Notes under the pieces: model-generated
What the model was told of the DNA's origin: nothing
Database searches by the model: none
What the model saw: the letters and a program-made list of their open reading frames with translations, nothing else
Translations under genes and position numbers: made by a program
NCBI RefSeq assembly: GCF_964204645.1
Contig: NC_134033.1
Location: 8,750,655-8,814,654, forward strand
DNA length: 64,000 bases
Reading direction: 5' to 3'
Source of the DNA: Tubulanus polymorphus
Taxonomy: Eukaryota > Animalia > Nemertea
Part shown: positions 50,416 to 64,000 of the stretch, one piece after another
How positions within the stretch are numbered: the first letter of the stretch is position 1
Layout of the letters: each line of letters starts with the position of its first letter

Positions 50416-51589
50416 TTTTCTATGTATCGATTCTTAAGCAGAATATTGGAAACGTCATCACTTGACGAAGGATCGTTGGCAGTGTAAGAAATGTTTTCTC
50501 TATTGTATAGTTTGAATAGGACTGTTCTAAGATTTAATTGGTGTAAATATGGCGGAGGGTGAGAGGTGGTATAATGAGAGTTATTTACATCCGTATAGAT
50601 ACCAAATGAACTGTCACATGGAAATTCTTGGCAAAAGGTGGATTTAGCGGTATAACAAGCTATGACTGTAATATTAGTAACTAACGATTCACAACGCTGC
50701 GGTGTAGACACATTACAGTGGTATTCCCGTTAATCAACACACTAGGATTGAATTTTTCAAAACTTTTCAAAATAAATTCATCACTATAGGGTATTAATTT
50801 GTCAGCACTGTAAGGGTTATTTAACCATTGCTCTATCTGTGCTAACTTCACTTGGAAATAGTACTTGTGTAGGCCCTATAAGCTACAGATTATTAGAATC
50901 TCAAGAGATTCCATTCATGGGTGTAACTGTCACAAAGAATCTCTAGAAATTCTAGAACTGTTATTAGATCACTTAGGGGGACAAACCTTAATAATTTTAA
51001 AGGGTTCCACCTTTCAATATGGCATGGTTATCTTAGTTACTTTCAAAAGCTATTTTAAGTCTAGTCTTTGTCCATTGTGTCTTTTCCAAAAACAGTTAGA
51101 TGATTTAATAGATTTAGGCGTCATTTTATCTGATATAGGCTAAGTGATGAACCTAATCAATTACGAACCGGCAACAAAGAGAAGGAATCCCACCATTTTG
51201 AAGATGTTACACTGTTAAGCTTTCTTGCATGAATGTTTCGTAGAGCCTCACACTAATTTTTTGTACTGACAAGAGACGAGTTAAGTATTAGTAGTGTTAG
51301 GAGTTGACAATTATAACCTGCACGTCTCATGCCTGTATTACACACGTACAATATCGTATTGACAATTGAAATGTGTATATTGACAATTGACAAGTGTAAC
51401 GCAAATTCAAGTAAAAATAGTTTTTCTGCACAGCCTTTTTCGTATTCTTGATCTTGTCTGGATAATATGTCGACCACGAAAGCATGTATGCTGACGCAGC
51501 CCCATGATGCTATGAAAATGAAGGGAATTTAGAATCCTATTCAACGGTCAATACTGTTTAATAAAAGGAAGGTCCACAAACAGTCAACT

Positions 51590-51970
51590 GGGTTCACTTG
51601 AAACCATGGATGATTGGACCAGATGGTTTTTTGAGTTTGGAAAATTGATTGTTTGGCCTTAAGTCTTTATAGATTTCGAGAAAGCATTTGATAAGGTACT
51701 ACATCAGCGATTACTAAACAAGCAATTAGAAGATGGTAATGGTATCAATGAAATGCTTAAATGGCTTAGCAGTTTTCTACAAAAAAATGTTGGAAATAAG
51801 ATCTAACCAGTGGAGTGACGCAAGGTAGAATCCTAAGTCGCCTCTCTTTACTGTCAAATGATATACTGAATAATCCAAAATGTACAGGACCAAATGTGCA
51901 GACAACCTAAACAAGCTGTGTTCTGTACATGGTCAGAATAATGGAAGATGAGCTTCAACCTGAAAAAGGC
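51590..51970 (+). pseudogene. Highly degraded CR1-type LINE reverse transcriptase fragment
   Basis: DFEKAFDKVLHQRLLNK at ~51672 and TSGV.QG.IL at ~51807. Confidence 0.65.
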
Positions 51971-52312
51971 ATGATATGGATATTCGAAGAAAACTCATTA
52001 TATGCATTCGAGTGACAAAGGTGTTGGTTCGAATGAAGATTACTCCTTACTACAAAAAGACTATTTAGTTCCACGAAAAGATTTTTTCTTTGGAATGAAA
52101 ACATTTCGATCAACAATATACTTGTTCAAACAAAAATCTTATGTTCCGAAATGAAAGTATTGTTCGAATTAAAACAATTCTGTTCGATAGAGCAATATAC
52201 TTCATACGAAATCAATTCCGTTCGATGAAACAAAATATTTTTGGTTCGAACGAAAAACGTTTTGATCTGACAAAAACATTTGTTTAATCGAAAAGAAACA
52301 AAGAAAGGATCT

Positions 52313-52710
52313 TTTGCATCTTGGGCTCTGTAAAGTCATCAGGAATTAATGAAATACAAGTTTTATTAATGATGAAAAACTCAAATGAAAACACTTATAA
52401 AGCTGCCTGCTCAGACGAATGCTAACAGCTTTAAAAAGAAAATCTTCATATTGGCCTTTTTCATCTTGGGCTCTGTAAAGTCATCAGGAATTAATGAAAT
52501 ACAAGTTTCATTAATGATGAAAAAACTCAAATGAAAACACTTATAAAGCTGCCTGCTCAGACGAATGCTAACAGCTTTAAAAAGAAAATCTTCATATAGG
52601 CCTTTTTCATCTTGGGCTCTGTAAAGTCATCAGGAATTAATGAAATACAAGTTTCATTAATGATAAAAAAACTCAAATGAAAACACTTATAAAGCTGACT
52701 GCTCAGACGA
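52313..52710. repeat. Tandem triplication, ~146-bp unit
   Basis: CATCTTGGGCTCTGTAAAGTCATCAGGAATT... occurs three times, nearly identical. Confidence 0.9.
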
Positions 52711-53449
52711 TTAACATCATATTCCTACACTTTATTTAACAGGGGTAGGTCTCTGGTGTATTCGATTCGTAAAATAAATTTGATTTTTCGGATTATGAAG
52801 AAACAAATCTTTTGTACTACGTGACGCATGTACTATGTTGCCAAAATGTTTATTGCAAATTTTGTTTGAAGTTCAATCCATGTGTCCGTAAATAATCACA
52901 GCTGTTAGACTGTGTTTGTTTGAAACATTAAAGCGCATAGTCTCTAGAAGCGAATCAATTGGCTGTATTTTGGGATATACGGGAAGTTCTTGGAATTCCG
53001 GCGCTACTGACGTAATTATGGGAAAGCCACAAAATGGAGGGTGTGAATTCCAAATGCTCAGCTTGTGAGAATATATTTTACATCCGCCTATTATACCCAT
53101 AGTTTGTTTGATTGACCATAGTGTAAGCGAACGTAACACTTCACGCGTACGAGAGTTCTATAACCAATAGAGACTGTTTCACACACCGCGCGCACTGTAG
53201 CCCATACACTATGACATAGTGATACTGTAATTATAAATGCAAGCGCACGTATGAATGTAGTGTTTCAAGTGGCGTTCAAATAAAAAACTTTTTTTAGATA
53301 AGGTAATGGTCGGCTAAACGGTCAGTTGCTTGATTGCTCAACAAAAATCATGTGTTAGTCTCTTAACGTAGCATGAGAGACTATTTCCTTTCATAGAATT
53401 GGTTTGTTTTGGATAGATATGATGTCCATGTATTTAATTATATTTTCAG

Positions 53450-53590
53450 TAATACTGCTGCAGTGAAGGTTCTTGTACCTGGCGCTGGTCTCGGGCGACT
53501 TGCATATGAGATTGCTAGACGAGGTTATTATTGTCAGGGCAATGAATGGAGTTTGTTCATGCTGTTTGCCTCAAATTACGTGCTAAATAG
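53450..53590 (+). CDS. CARNMT1: CARNMT1-like exon 4 (SAM-binding motif); later exons not found in the window
   Basis: [16 protein letters not shown]...[19 protein letters not shown]; TTTTCAG acceptor and GTGAGA donor. Confidence 0.93.
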
Positions 53591-53657
53591 GTGAGATATG
53601 GTTACACAATTTCTAAGATTTAAAATACTGGTCATTGGAAGTGTCCTTTAATCTTAA

Positions 53658-54797
53658 AGGGGTCATGAAGAGGTTTTTGAGATATGGCTAAAAGTATTTT
53701 TTTCATCAATTACACCCTATTTATTGATTTAGTGGTCAAGAAATTAATTTCTTATACTTCAATTAGTGTTAAAATGAGACTTGATCGGCCGCGCTGATTC
53801 CTTCCCAACCCGGAAGTGTGACGTCATTCTGAGAACCCAAACCAAAACAACATGGTGTAGTGTATAGAAACGGGTGATACTAACAGCGATTAAAGTGCAA
53901 AATAGTGACTCAAGTACATCAGATTCCAATCGAACGTCTGATGTTTACGAAGCCAACAGTTGTTATTAATAGACAGTAAAAATTATTCCATTTTATTTGG
54001 ACCTGATGCTTCAGAACGAAGGAATTTGTGACTATAGTACAGCATATTTCTACGTCATGGAGCAGCGAGCATTCATCGTCATTAAGTCATCCCTCTGTAA
54101 TAACAACGCGGAGGGGATGACTGATATAGACATCGCAGATATTTCTGTGGGTAGCGATATTTTTATCCAGTACTGGACCATAAAAGCGTCCTGAAACCGT
54201 AAACTTGTTCGTGAGTCCCAGCCGAGCCTGTGCCATCCCTGCCGTGTAATAGTAATGTGTGCTGCATACAGTCAGTATGTTGTACATACTACAGCGATGT
54301 GGGTCACTAGGGAAAGCCAGTACTATATGCTGTGGAAAGTGCGCATCTCTTACTACGCATTTAATTCGCTAAAATAGCGTCACTTGGCAGAATAAAAGGC
54401 TCTAAGATAATAAAAACATAAGTTTTGTGTATCCAAGTTTATGTGTGCCGTAATATTTGCGAGAATCCTTCTCTGAAGTGTGAAGCTAGTTTACACCATA
54501 GGCCGGGTGTTTTCGCTCTTATGGTCCATCATCTTAGGGCCAAATCTTTTGTTTTTGGCCACTAAAATTTGTCGGTGCCTTTGTGGGAACAGTTCATAGC
54601 TACACACAGCCAAGGCATTTCGAAAGACTGTAAAATTAGCGCGATATTCAATGAAAATGAGCATTGTATAATAACGCTTCTGAGTGTGCTGCAGGCGATG
54701 TGTTCTCAGAATGACGTCATCAACATCACCTCGCAAACGCGAGCGTCCTGTTGCTAGGGCCGTTTGAAATTTTTTTCAAAACCTCTTCATGACCCCT
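53658..54797. mobile_element. Non-autonomous Kolobok-like element
   Basis: TTAA|AGGGGTCATGAAGAGGTTTT...AAAACCTCTTCATGACCCCT|TTAA. Confidence 0.85.
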
Positions 54798-55478
54798 TTA
54801 AGACCATGGGCCTGGTGTAAGATTTTTACTCTTAACAAGAAAGACTCAGCACTTTAAACACTCAGCATTGTGTTCTACCCCAGACTTAAATTTAGAAATG
54901 CTGCTTCTAATCCCCGTGAAATCAATTAAAAGCAAACTTCAGGAAGGGCATTTACCAGCAATTTTGGTGGAGACAGGGAGACCTATAGAAACAGCCTCCT
55001 GAAAAATGTGGCAATTAATTTGGACCCCTTTTTAGCTGCGCCATGACCTAAGGTCCAGTGAAGCTGATGGTCGAGGGGGTCCCTACAAGAGAGTCAGTCT
55101 CTTGGCCATCTGGTATCAACTTTTACTTCTAATCACAACTAGTCCTACAGGCTTTATCGAATTAAGAAACTAAGCATTAATGATTTTCAGGCAAACTAAA
55201 AAAAAAAATAGGGATTGATATTTTGGGTTTGACCCCAGGGGCACCCTAGGGTGGGAATCATATTTATATGGATCACTTATAGTCCTACAGTTTTTATCCG
55301 AACAAAATGAAACTCTCCTACAGTTTTTATCTGTTTATGATAAAACCTTCTAAAATGCTGGCTCTTCGTCACATTACTTTGTAGTGCTTTGGCAGGGAGT
55401 GGTGCGGAACATGATTAATGACATAAATTAGTGCTGCACAGACATATGACTATTTCGATGTGCCAATGTCCAATTTAG

Positions 55479-56530
55479 TTTTTACACAACGCGTTGTGGG
55501 GGCATACCGTATTCACTTTGTCGTCCGTTCCTCTGTCCGCAGTGGTTCCGTGGCCTAGCACCTAAACCCTTTGACAGATTTTCTTCAAATCCAAGAGTTG
55601 TGCTGTATGAGGTTAGAAACTGATTAGATTTTGGGTCCTGTAGGTCCAAGGTCAAGGTCACAGGAAGCCATTTTGTAAATATCATTTACGGGCTCTAACT
55701 CATAAATGGTATAAGATAACTTACTAAAATTCTATGAATTGGTTATCCTTGGGACCGTGGGGACCTGATTACGTACATTTCCTGTAGGTATAATGTCAAG
55801 GTCGCAGGAAGCCATTTTGAGAATTTCATTTCCAGGCTCTAACTCATAAACGGTTTAAGATAACTTTATGAAATTCTATGGATGGGTTATCCTAGAGACT
55901 GTGGGTAACTGATTAGTTTTTGGGTCCTGTTGGTCAAAGTTCAAGGTTACTAGAAGCTGTTATGTATTTTTCATTTCCCGGCTCTATCTCATAGATGGTT
56001 TAAGATAATTTAGTGACATTTTTTGGATGGGTTATCCTAAAGACCGTGAGTAACTGATAACATTTAGGTCCTATAGGTCAAAGGTCAAGGTCACCAGGAG
56101 CTGTTTTGTATTTTAATTTCCGGGCTCTTAATTCATAAACAGTATGAGATGAATTTGTGAAATTTAATGGATGGGTTACCCTAGAGACTGAGTGAGTGAT
56201 TCGATTTTGGGCCCTGTAAGTCAAAGGTCAAGGTCAACAGGAGCTATTTTGTTTTTTAGTGACATTTTTGGATGGGTTATCCTAGGGACCGTGAGTAACT
56301 GATTACATTTTTGGTCTTGTAAGTCAAAGGTCAAGGTCACCAGGAGCTGTTTTGTATTTCAATTTCCGGGCTTTTTATTCATAAACAGTACGAGATAAAT
56401 TTGTAAAAATTTAATGGATGGGTTACCTTAGAGACTGTGAGTGAGTGATTAGATTTCGATGTAGGCCAAAGGTCAAGGTCGTGGGTAGCTGTTTTGTATC
56501 AGTTACTCACGGTCTTCAGCGACATTCTAG
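55479..56530 (+). mobile_element. Second HINE-like element with AAAGGTCAAGGTCA tandem repeats
   Basis: T-run start, GTCC-type microsatellite remnant, multiple repeats with GGATGGGTTATCCTAG and AAGGTCAAGGTCA, CTAG end. Confidence 0.65.
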
Positions 56531-57283
56531 CTTTAATATGATCATCTTAACTTTCAAAATTCAAAGTAGTTGTGTGGGACCTTTATTTTTCTGACATATT
56601 TGGAATTAATGTAAAAGGAAGATAATTGTACTTGATGGTTTTCTATGAATCATGGGGTAGTGGTTTGGAACCCCCATATTGGGTACCATCATATATATCA
56701 AACCATTAGGATGTTTTGATCGGATATTGAAGCTGATAAACATGGATACGAGCCGGCTAAAAGTATAAAATTCCGAGATATTGAAAACTTAAGTTTAGAA
56801 GTAGGCCGCCGTTACAATTTTGAGGAGAGTCCAAATTCATTGTAATCGTGGAGAGTCAGATTTCTATGGAAGACCTGGAAAACTATGGAAGTGCTGTAGA
56901 GACATGCCAGTAGAATTAGCAACTGACTAGCATTTGGCAATGAACAACTGCAATGATCTTCCAGTTCTTCCATAGCTGTCCTAGTAAAAATAATTGAGCA
57001 AGTTCATTGTATAGACTTTGTAATCAATATTGCACACTTTCTACTACAATACATGTGTATAGTCATCAAATTAAGCAATTTCATTGTTTAATCTAAAATT
57101 AACGGAAATAGTATCAAATTGATACAAATTTTCACCAAAATTCGAAGTGAGCATTAGACTCGCTTATATGCTTTATTCGTTATTATATATTTTTTGACTT
57201 TATTTTGTATTTGTGTTTGAGAGCTCATTATAATAACATGTATGTAACAGCAAATTCTGTGAGAAGAGTGGGGCATAGATTAA

Positions 57284-60200
57284 ATGCCTGTTGATTATCT
57301 ACAGCATCGGGCATTTGCTGGACTCTTTTATTATAAGGAATCAATTAAACCTTCGGAAACTGGAATACCACCTGATACACCCTACCATGACAAGTGTAAA
57401 ATATTGAAGTATTTTCTTGCTATTGTAACTTTTTATATTTCTATCAAGTTACTTTGGCTATCTATATTCATCCGCATTTTATTTTGCTATTTTTGTAATT
57501 TGCTTATTTTATTACTTTATCTAATTACTTGGTGGCGTTGTATAACTGCAATTAGTAAACACACAGCAAATTTCAGAACCATAAAATGACCGTGTATAGG
57601 ATTTGTGCTATGGCTAATGGTCCCTGGTTCTATGTACATTTTATTTGTGCTAGTCTGTAAAAATGTTATAATCCTCTTGAGCAATGATGTTGAAATAAAT
57701 CCAGGACCTGACTTAACTCTGAACGTTCTTTATAGGATATAAGAATATATAAGAAGTATAGGCGCTGACCACGGCGCTAGATTTGAATATTTAACTGATT
57801 TTCTAAGTACCCAAAATATAAAAATTGCTGCCATATCTAAAGTGGGAGACGTACCTATCAATGAATATATGATGAAGGATTTTGATATTATACACTATTG
57901 TAAGTTAAATCGTGGTTTGATTGTTTATGTTCATAATTCAGTATCTTGTATGTCAGGACTTTATGAATGGCAATAGTAATGCCATTTGGGTGACAACAGA
58001 CATAAACCATAGTAAATTTCACCTTGGTTTCTATTATAGATCTCCCTCACAGAATTTTGAGGACCGCCTACTTTAAATTGTTACAGGATTCTATTCAAAT
58101 GGCTAAAAACTCAAATGATCTTTCTGAATATTCGGTAATTGTAATGGGTGATTTTAACTAAACATAATTTATGGTGTAAAACTGATGTCACCGATTCATC
58201 TGGTAGGGAACTTAAATCTATTATGGATGATTCAAATATGCTTCAACTTGTTTCTGTACCTACTAGGGTTGTTAAAAATAGTTCTTCTTGTATAGATTTA
58301 ATCTTTTGTGATTCACCAGGACTTGTAAATAGTCACTCTGTGTATGCACTTATTGGTGGAACAGACCACAGTTCGTTGGTACTTAAGCTAAACGATAGTT
58401 GTAAAAAAAACTGTATACAAAATATGCGTATGGCACTACGATGCCTGTGATGAGCCAATACTTGGTGCTTATTTTATAAACACAGACTGGAATTAAATTT
58501 TTAATGAAGATGATACTGACACACAATGGTCAGTAAGTTTACCAGAGCACTGTCTGAAGTTTTTTCTCAGTCTATACCTAACAAATCTGTTAATATCAAA
58601 AGTAATTCTAAGCCATGGTTTAGGGCCAATATCAAGCATGAGATTAAAAGAAGAAATAAATTATACCTTTTTTTTAAATCGGGTAATCCACAAATATCTA
58701 TTCAATTTAAATGGCAAATGAACGGTTTAATCAATGAAGTATTTTAGCAAACCTCAATAAAACCTCAAGGTCAAGCAAGGACTATTGGACTATCATTTAG
58801 AAGCTGATAGGCAATAAATTTGTTTCTAAAATCCCTCCTCTACTGGATGAACGCACTAGTAATCATTGCATTTCAAATATTGATGAAGCAAATCTGTTTC
58901 AAAACCTATTCTCAGATAAATGCCATAATGATCATGTAAATGGTATCGTATTTTCCGGCCAATAAGCCGACTTGGCCAATAAGCCGAGGGCAGTTTTTTA
59001 GCCTAAAATACATGGATTTCATAAAGCTTCGCCCAATAAGCCGAGGCCCTTCATCAGAGATTATAATTCACTGATTTGTCTATTAGTTCGTCTTAATTGA
59101 CGATTTAAGAGGCTGACAGTAGCGCCCGCCGATGTGTGAGAGTGCTGTGTATACTATCATCGCCGAGTGACTGTGCTATATATAGACTCACTGAGCTGAT
59201 TACTATACACACAGCCATACACGCAGTATGCGGCTCACTGCTGATTTGCATATATACTAATGTATGAACTGACACGTGGTAGTACGATGAACTCGCGCGT
59301 TATATAAATGTATACCATTGCCGCTGTGCGGTGATAGAACAATCAAAGTAAAAATAAAATAGTTCAAAATAGATTATAATTGGTAGTAAATAATGACCTC
59401 AAATAAATATCGACCACTTTTCTTGATTTTGACGATCATTGAGAGCATTAGAGTGGCATAGATCAGGAAGTGATTTTTTATGTCAGATCGTATCCGCCCA
59501 ATAAGCCGATCACGATATTTTGGGTAAAAATCTGAGGCTATAAAATCGGCTTATTGGCCGGAAAATACGGTAATTTACCATATTTTCCCAATAGATGTCA
59601 TACTAGTGTACAACTCCAGGAAATAAGTACTGCTTATATTATAAAACGTATGAAGGATTTACCTATTAACAAAGCGTGTGGGTCTGATGTTATCACAAAC
59701 AAAATGTTAAATTTATCTTTACATAATATTTCACCTCTTATTTCAAGGTTATTTAATATTTTAATTAAGAATGAATTCTTTCCTTCCATTTGGAAAAAGG
59801 GGATGATAATCGTCATATACAAAAAAGGGGACACATCAAACCCAAACAACTATCGACCCATTACTTAGTTAAACACGTTATCCAAAATGTTTGAAAGAGT
59901 TATATATGAACCTATTATTCAACATTTACACCTAAATGATTTACTATATGATTAGCAATCTGGCTTTATTCAAGGTCACAGCTCTTCAGATCAACTACTT
60001 GCAATTACTTCTTGTATATTTGAAAACTTCAGAAGCAATAAGCATGTGCTATCCATATATCTTGATATTTCTGCTGCTTTTGATTCGGTACCACATGATC
60101 TTCTCTTACGTAAAACATTATAGCTTCATATTTGAACAATAGAAAGATCCAAGCACGAGTTGATGGAATGACATCAGAATTATCCCCTGATAATTATATA

Positions 60201-61190
60201 AATTGCTCAGTACCGCAAGGTTCGATTTTGGGCCCACTTTTTTTTTGTTATATATCAATGACCTTCCAGACAAACTTGCTGGTACAGCATTTTTATACGC
60301 TGATGATACATCTCTATATACCCATTGATCCAAATAACCCTGATATTGCAAATATGACCCTTCAAAAAATATCAACATGGGCTTTTTTTGGAAATTAGAA
60401 TTTAAAGCAAGATAAAGCTCTGACCGTCTGTTTACAAAAAGAGGCCAAATTATGTTTAATCAGATGTATTTAGGAAATAATCCAATACCAACTGTAAAAA
60501 GTCATAAGCATTTGGGATTTGTACTTGACTCAAACCTGTCTTTTGATTGTCACGTCAACTCCATTTATGAGTAAGTACTTTAATGTATACATCCTCTTAA
60601 ATCTTGGTCATTAAAACTTAAATCTTTGCATTTAAACTTAATCTACAAATCCTTTATCTATCCACATTATGAGTACTGTGATATATTGTACAATAGTGCT
60701 CCAAAAATGTCTTTTGAAAAATTAGAACGTCTACATTATAAAGCAGCACTATTGGTATCGGGTTGTTTACAAGGTTCTAACACCTCAAAGGTTTTAAATA
60801 TACTTAATTGGCAAATGCTTGCCTCAAGACGTAAGGAACGACTTCAGCTATTTATGTATAAAGTAGAAATAGGACATTGTCTATCCTATGTTCAATCAAT
60901 TTTTAGGAATTTTAGAGATAACCTTAGAGAAGAAACAAGACAAACGTAACGTCCATTTCGAATTCCCGCCACTATCTCTTCAGAGATTGCTAATTCTCCT
61001 TATTTTCGGGTAATGAAATCCTGGAATAATACACACTTTAATATTGGAGCTGCCCTAATTTTTCGCAATTCAAATTCATATCAAAAGATACTACACTGCA
61101 AGACCAGTTTATCTGTAATTTCTACTCTGCTGCTTCCAAATTTAAACCGATCAGAAGACATTTACCTGAATAGGATTCGGTTCTTACTTT
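57284..61190 (+). mobile_element. CR1/L2-group non-LTR retrotransposon, degraded, near full ORF2 length
   Basis: DVEINPGP; APE motifs GDFN, IDLIF, TDH; RT motifs KKGD..NPNNYRPI, DISAAFD.VPH, VPQGSILGP, YADD, HKHLG. Confidence 0.9.
58946..59570. mobile_element. Tc1/mariner (pogo/Tigger-like) MITE inserted in the LINE
   Basis: TA|TCGTATTTTCCGGCCAATAAGCCGA...TCGGCTTATTGGCCGGAAAATACGG|TA. Confidence 0.88.
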
Positions 61191-64000
61191 AAGGTCAGCT
61201 CTGCCAGCATAAACACTACGCTCAAAGCTATTTTTAGCACTCTCAAAAGGCAATTTCAGTAGCCTGTAATTTCACTACTAATGGGCGAATTGAACGGATT
61301 AAGCAAAAATGTATTTCGTAATTGGTTTTTCTTTATGGTGGGCAAAGTTGAAAGCCATGGGTTTCATATTTTTTGAGAAATTTACCAAAAAGTTTCAAAT
61401 ATTCGATGTATTTGAGCATGTTTTTTTTATGCAACATCTTTAACCGGCCAAAATTACACACGTGAAAATTCAACGCTTATTTGTGTCGGAAGAACTTTAT
61501 GTCGCCAACATCCGATGCTTTGTTCAGTAGTTAAGGGCGTTCAAAGACGAAACCCCTTGAAATCTTAGTAATATAAAATTTGTGTTGACCCGGTTTTGAC
61601 TTCTATCATGACGTCATAACATTGAATGAAGTGGAACAATAGGTGCACGTGATTTCATAAACAAAATGGTGGCATGATTGAATACGTTGATATTCATCAT
61701 TTCTAGCGCGAATACTGATACTGTGTGATACTGATAAGGTGTATGATATAACGATTTAATGTGTGCGATGTGTTTAATGATTCATCTAGGTTGATATCCC
61801 GTGCGTAAGGTAACGTTGCATCATGATATCTGACGAAAATGTGGTTTCAAAATGCGGAAATCTACTTCCGTGTTCGCCACACGGCTGATTTACTGATAGC
61901 ATCGGATTTTTAGGGATGAGTCTGATATATACACGACTGGAATACTTGTTTTATCATCATTAATTGAAGCATTAGTGAACCGTTTTGGAGCCTGATTATT
62001 AGTATTAGTTTGTTAACTGCGGCACAGTGGAGCGTTCGCGTTGAAAACAGTCGTGTGCAGTCGCGTAGGCAATATTGTCTGAGCGAAGATGTAAGTTAGC
62101 AATCCTATCGTAAAATTATCAAAATTCATGTCAGTGGATAAACTTTGTTTTGTCAGTAACCGGCACTGGCCTCAACTTTGAAGAACTTGGGAGTTTCTGT
62201 CCTGATTGGTGCATATATGAGAATAAAAAACCTACGATGAAACCCAGGCTCTCACCAAGTTTGTACCGTTTCTTAACGGGTCACTCATAGTTTTAGTTAT
62301 ACCTCATTCAAGGGATGTATTAAAATCATGAACATTTGTTCGGACAAAAGGCCCATAATCAATTTTTCGAATATATTCTCGTAAAGTCAGTTATCATCTG
62401 AAGTTCACACTGACAAGAATTGTGTCCTTTGCATATATTTTTTTCTTGTTTCAATGAAATGAATTTTTGCATACCAGTATGCTACGTGACAGATTTTTTA
62501 CTTCCCCACACCAGTTTGGCGCGTGCCACTGGACCATTGGTCCTTTATTAGCATTGGGTGAGGTCTATGACGTCATGCCAATGCTAGTAAAATTGATCGA
62601 AAATAGTAGTACGAAAAAATAGCGCCGACTCTTCTCATTTTCATAACTTCAAATTGTCACTCCGTTCACGTCATGTTCATTAGAAACAGCTGAAAATGAC
62701 CAAAAAAAATGTTTCAATTATTCCCCACAACATAGCGTCGCCAGATTTCTGATTTAATGGTCCAAAAAATTATTCGATCGCATTTTCTCGTTCATTATCT
62801 GGTAGATGAGAGTGGGTTAAACAATCGCGTAGCGATATGTCCGCGTTGACATTGGCAGTAAAGAATGGGGAACAGCCTCTTCTGAATAGAAAAACATAAA
62901 ATTATGTAACTCCGGTTTATAAATATCACAGTGTTTGGATATCACTGTTATTCCAACTATTAGTATCCAATGTATTATTTGGGATTCATTCTCAGCGTCA
63001 GAATACGTATTTCTAGAGCAGTGGAACGGCAGCCTACTCGTGACTGAAACCCATATGTGATCGTGGGGGAAAGCCTTTTCTAAAGTTAAAACCATTTCTA
63101 CGGTAAACGGTAGGCTACCAGCATGATACGATATCACCAATTAAGATAGATCATTTATTCAATTTTACCAGAGTAGTTTATTGGAGGAAAATATCATTGA
63201 TAAGTACGCCGAGAACAACCGTGTTGTATCATCAATCAGTTGACTGACATTGTAAAATTCGATTAAGCTATATTCTAATATAAGTTTTCACTTTAGGACG
63301 CCTTACCCGCCTGCTGCGCACTCATAAGGCGGTAGCACCCTCTTACCCACTCGGTAGAGATTCGCTTTGTAATGCACGCCGGGAAAAAATACCTTTTTTT
63401 ATCTTTTCCATGCATTAAACAACAGTGATTGAATTTACGCGTTGTTTGTCGTAAATTGCAATATTGCGATGGTTATTTGCCGCTGCTGTAGTTTTTTGGA
63501 ATTGAATCGAGCGGTTTCGGTAGCTCAGTGAGATAAGGCGTGATGCTGTTGCATCCACTATCAATGCTGAGTGACAAGTGGGTTTGAGTCCTGCTGGCTG
63601 CGAACAGTGTGCGGGCAACACTTCAAAGGCCGTCCCGTCGTGAGGTTAAATGAACAATCCAATAGGAATAGTCTTGGGAAACCAAGATCCAAACGACGTA
63701 CGTAAAGCCAAACAAACAAAAAGACAAACAAACAATCATCAGCCGGCCTCAGTGACACCAACGCCGGCATCGCTCTCTGCGACGTTTTGCATGCATACAT
63801 GCATCAGAGCTTGGAGCTCTAAGATCAGAGGGTCTTGCAATTGCAATTGCATTCAGAAAAATCGTTCTGTTTTTGTTTTCATTATTCAGTGGGGCCTTAC
63901 AGTTCATGCGTAAAAATGGGTTTTTGTATCCAAATCGTTATTGATATAAATATCTTGGCTGGGACATGATGGAAAACATCAGAATAAACTAGTTTCGTCT

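Noticed and set aside
61200-64000. Further CARNMT1 exons or other genes among short ORFs
   Set aside because: No recognisable methyltransferase continuation or domain; appears to be intronic repeat-derived sequence.

Overview
Repeat-rich eukaryotic (animal, probably marine invertebrate) genomic DNA. Positions 1-22208 are a very AT-rich cluster of three related Polinton/Maverick-type (adintovirus-like) endogenous virus copies. Copy 1 (1-15750) is nearly complete: pPolB, a zinc-finger/VLTF3-like gene, minor capsid, several membrane proteins, major capsid, rve integrase with chromodomain, A32 ATPase and a right TIR. It is inserted into the integrase gene of an older copy 2 (15751-~17768). Copy 3 (17868-22208) is internally deleted and retains both TIRs. 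The most striking feature is a full-length LAGLIDADG intein in the catalytic YFD/TDS motif of the copy 1 pPolB, resembling giant-virus PolB inteins. The same element has a poxvirus-VLTF3-like factor, a TAAATG start motif on almost every gene and no recognisable adenain protease. Together these suggest a giant-virus-associated, virophage-like lifestyle (inference). The rest of the window holds an Academ transposon (23506-29854) and the first four exons of a host CARNMT1-like gene (30828-53590). Its introns contain a PIF/Harbinger transposon, a BEL/Pao fragment, Helentron-like elements, several MITEs and a CR1/L2-type LINE with a 2A-like motif. All family calls are by motif recognition; no database searches were run.
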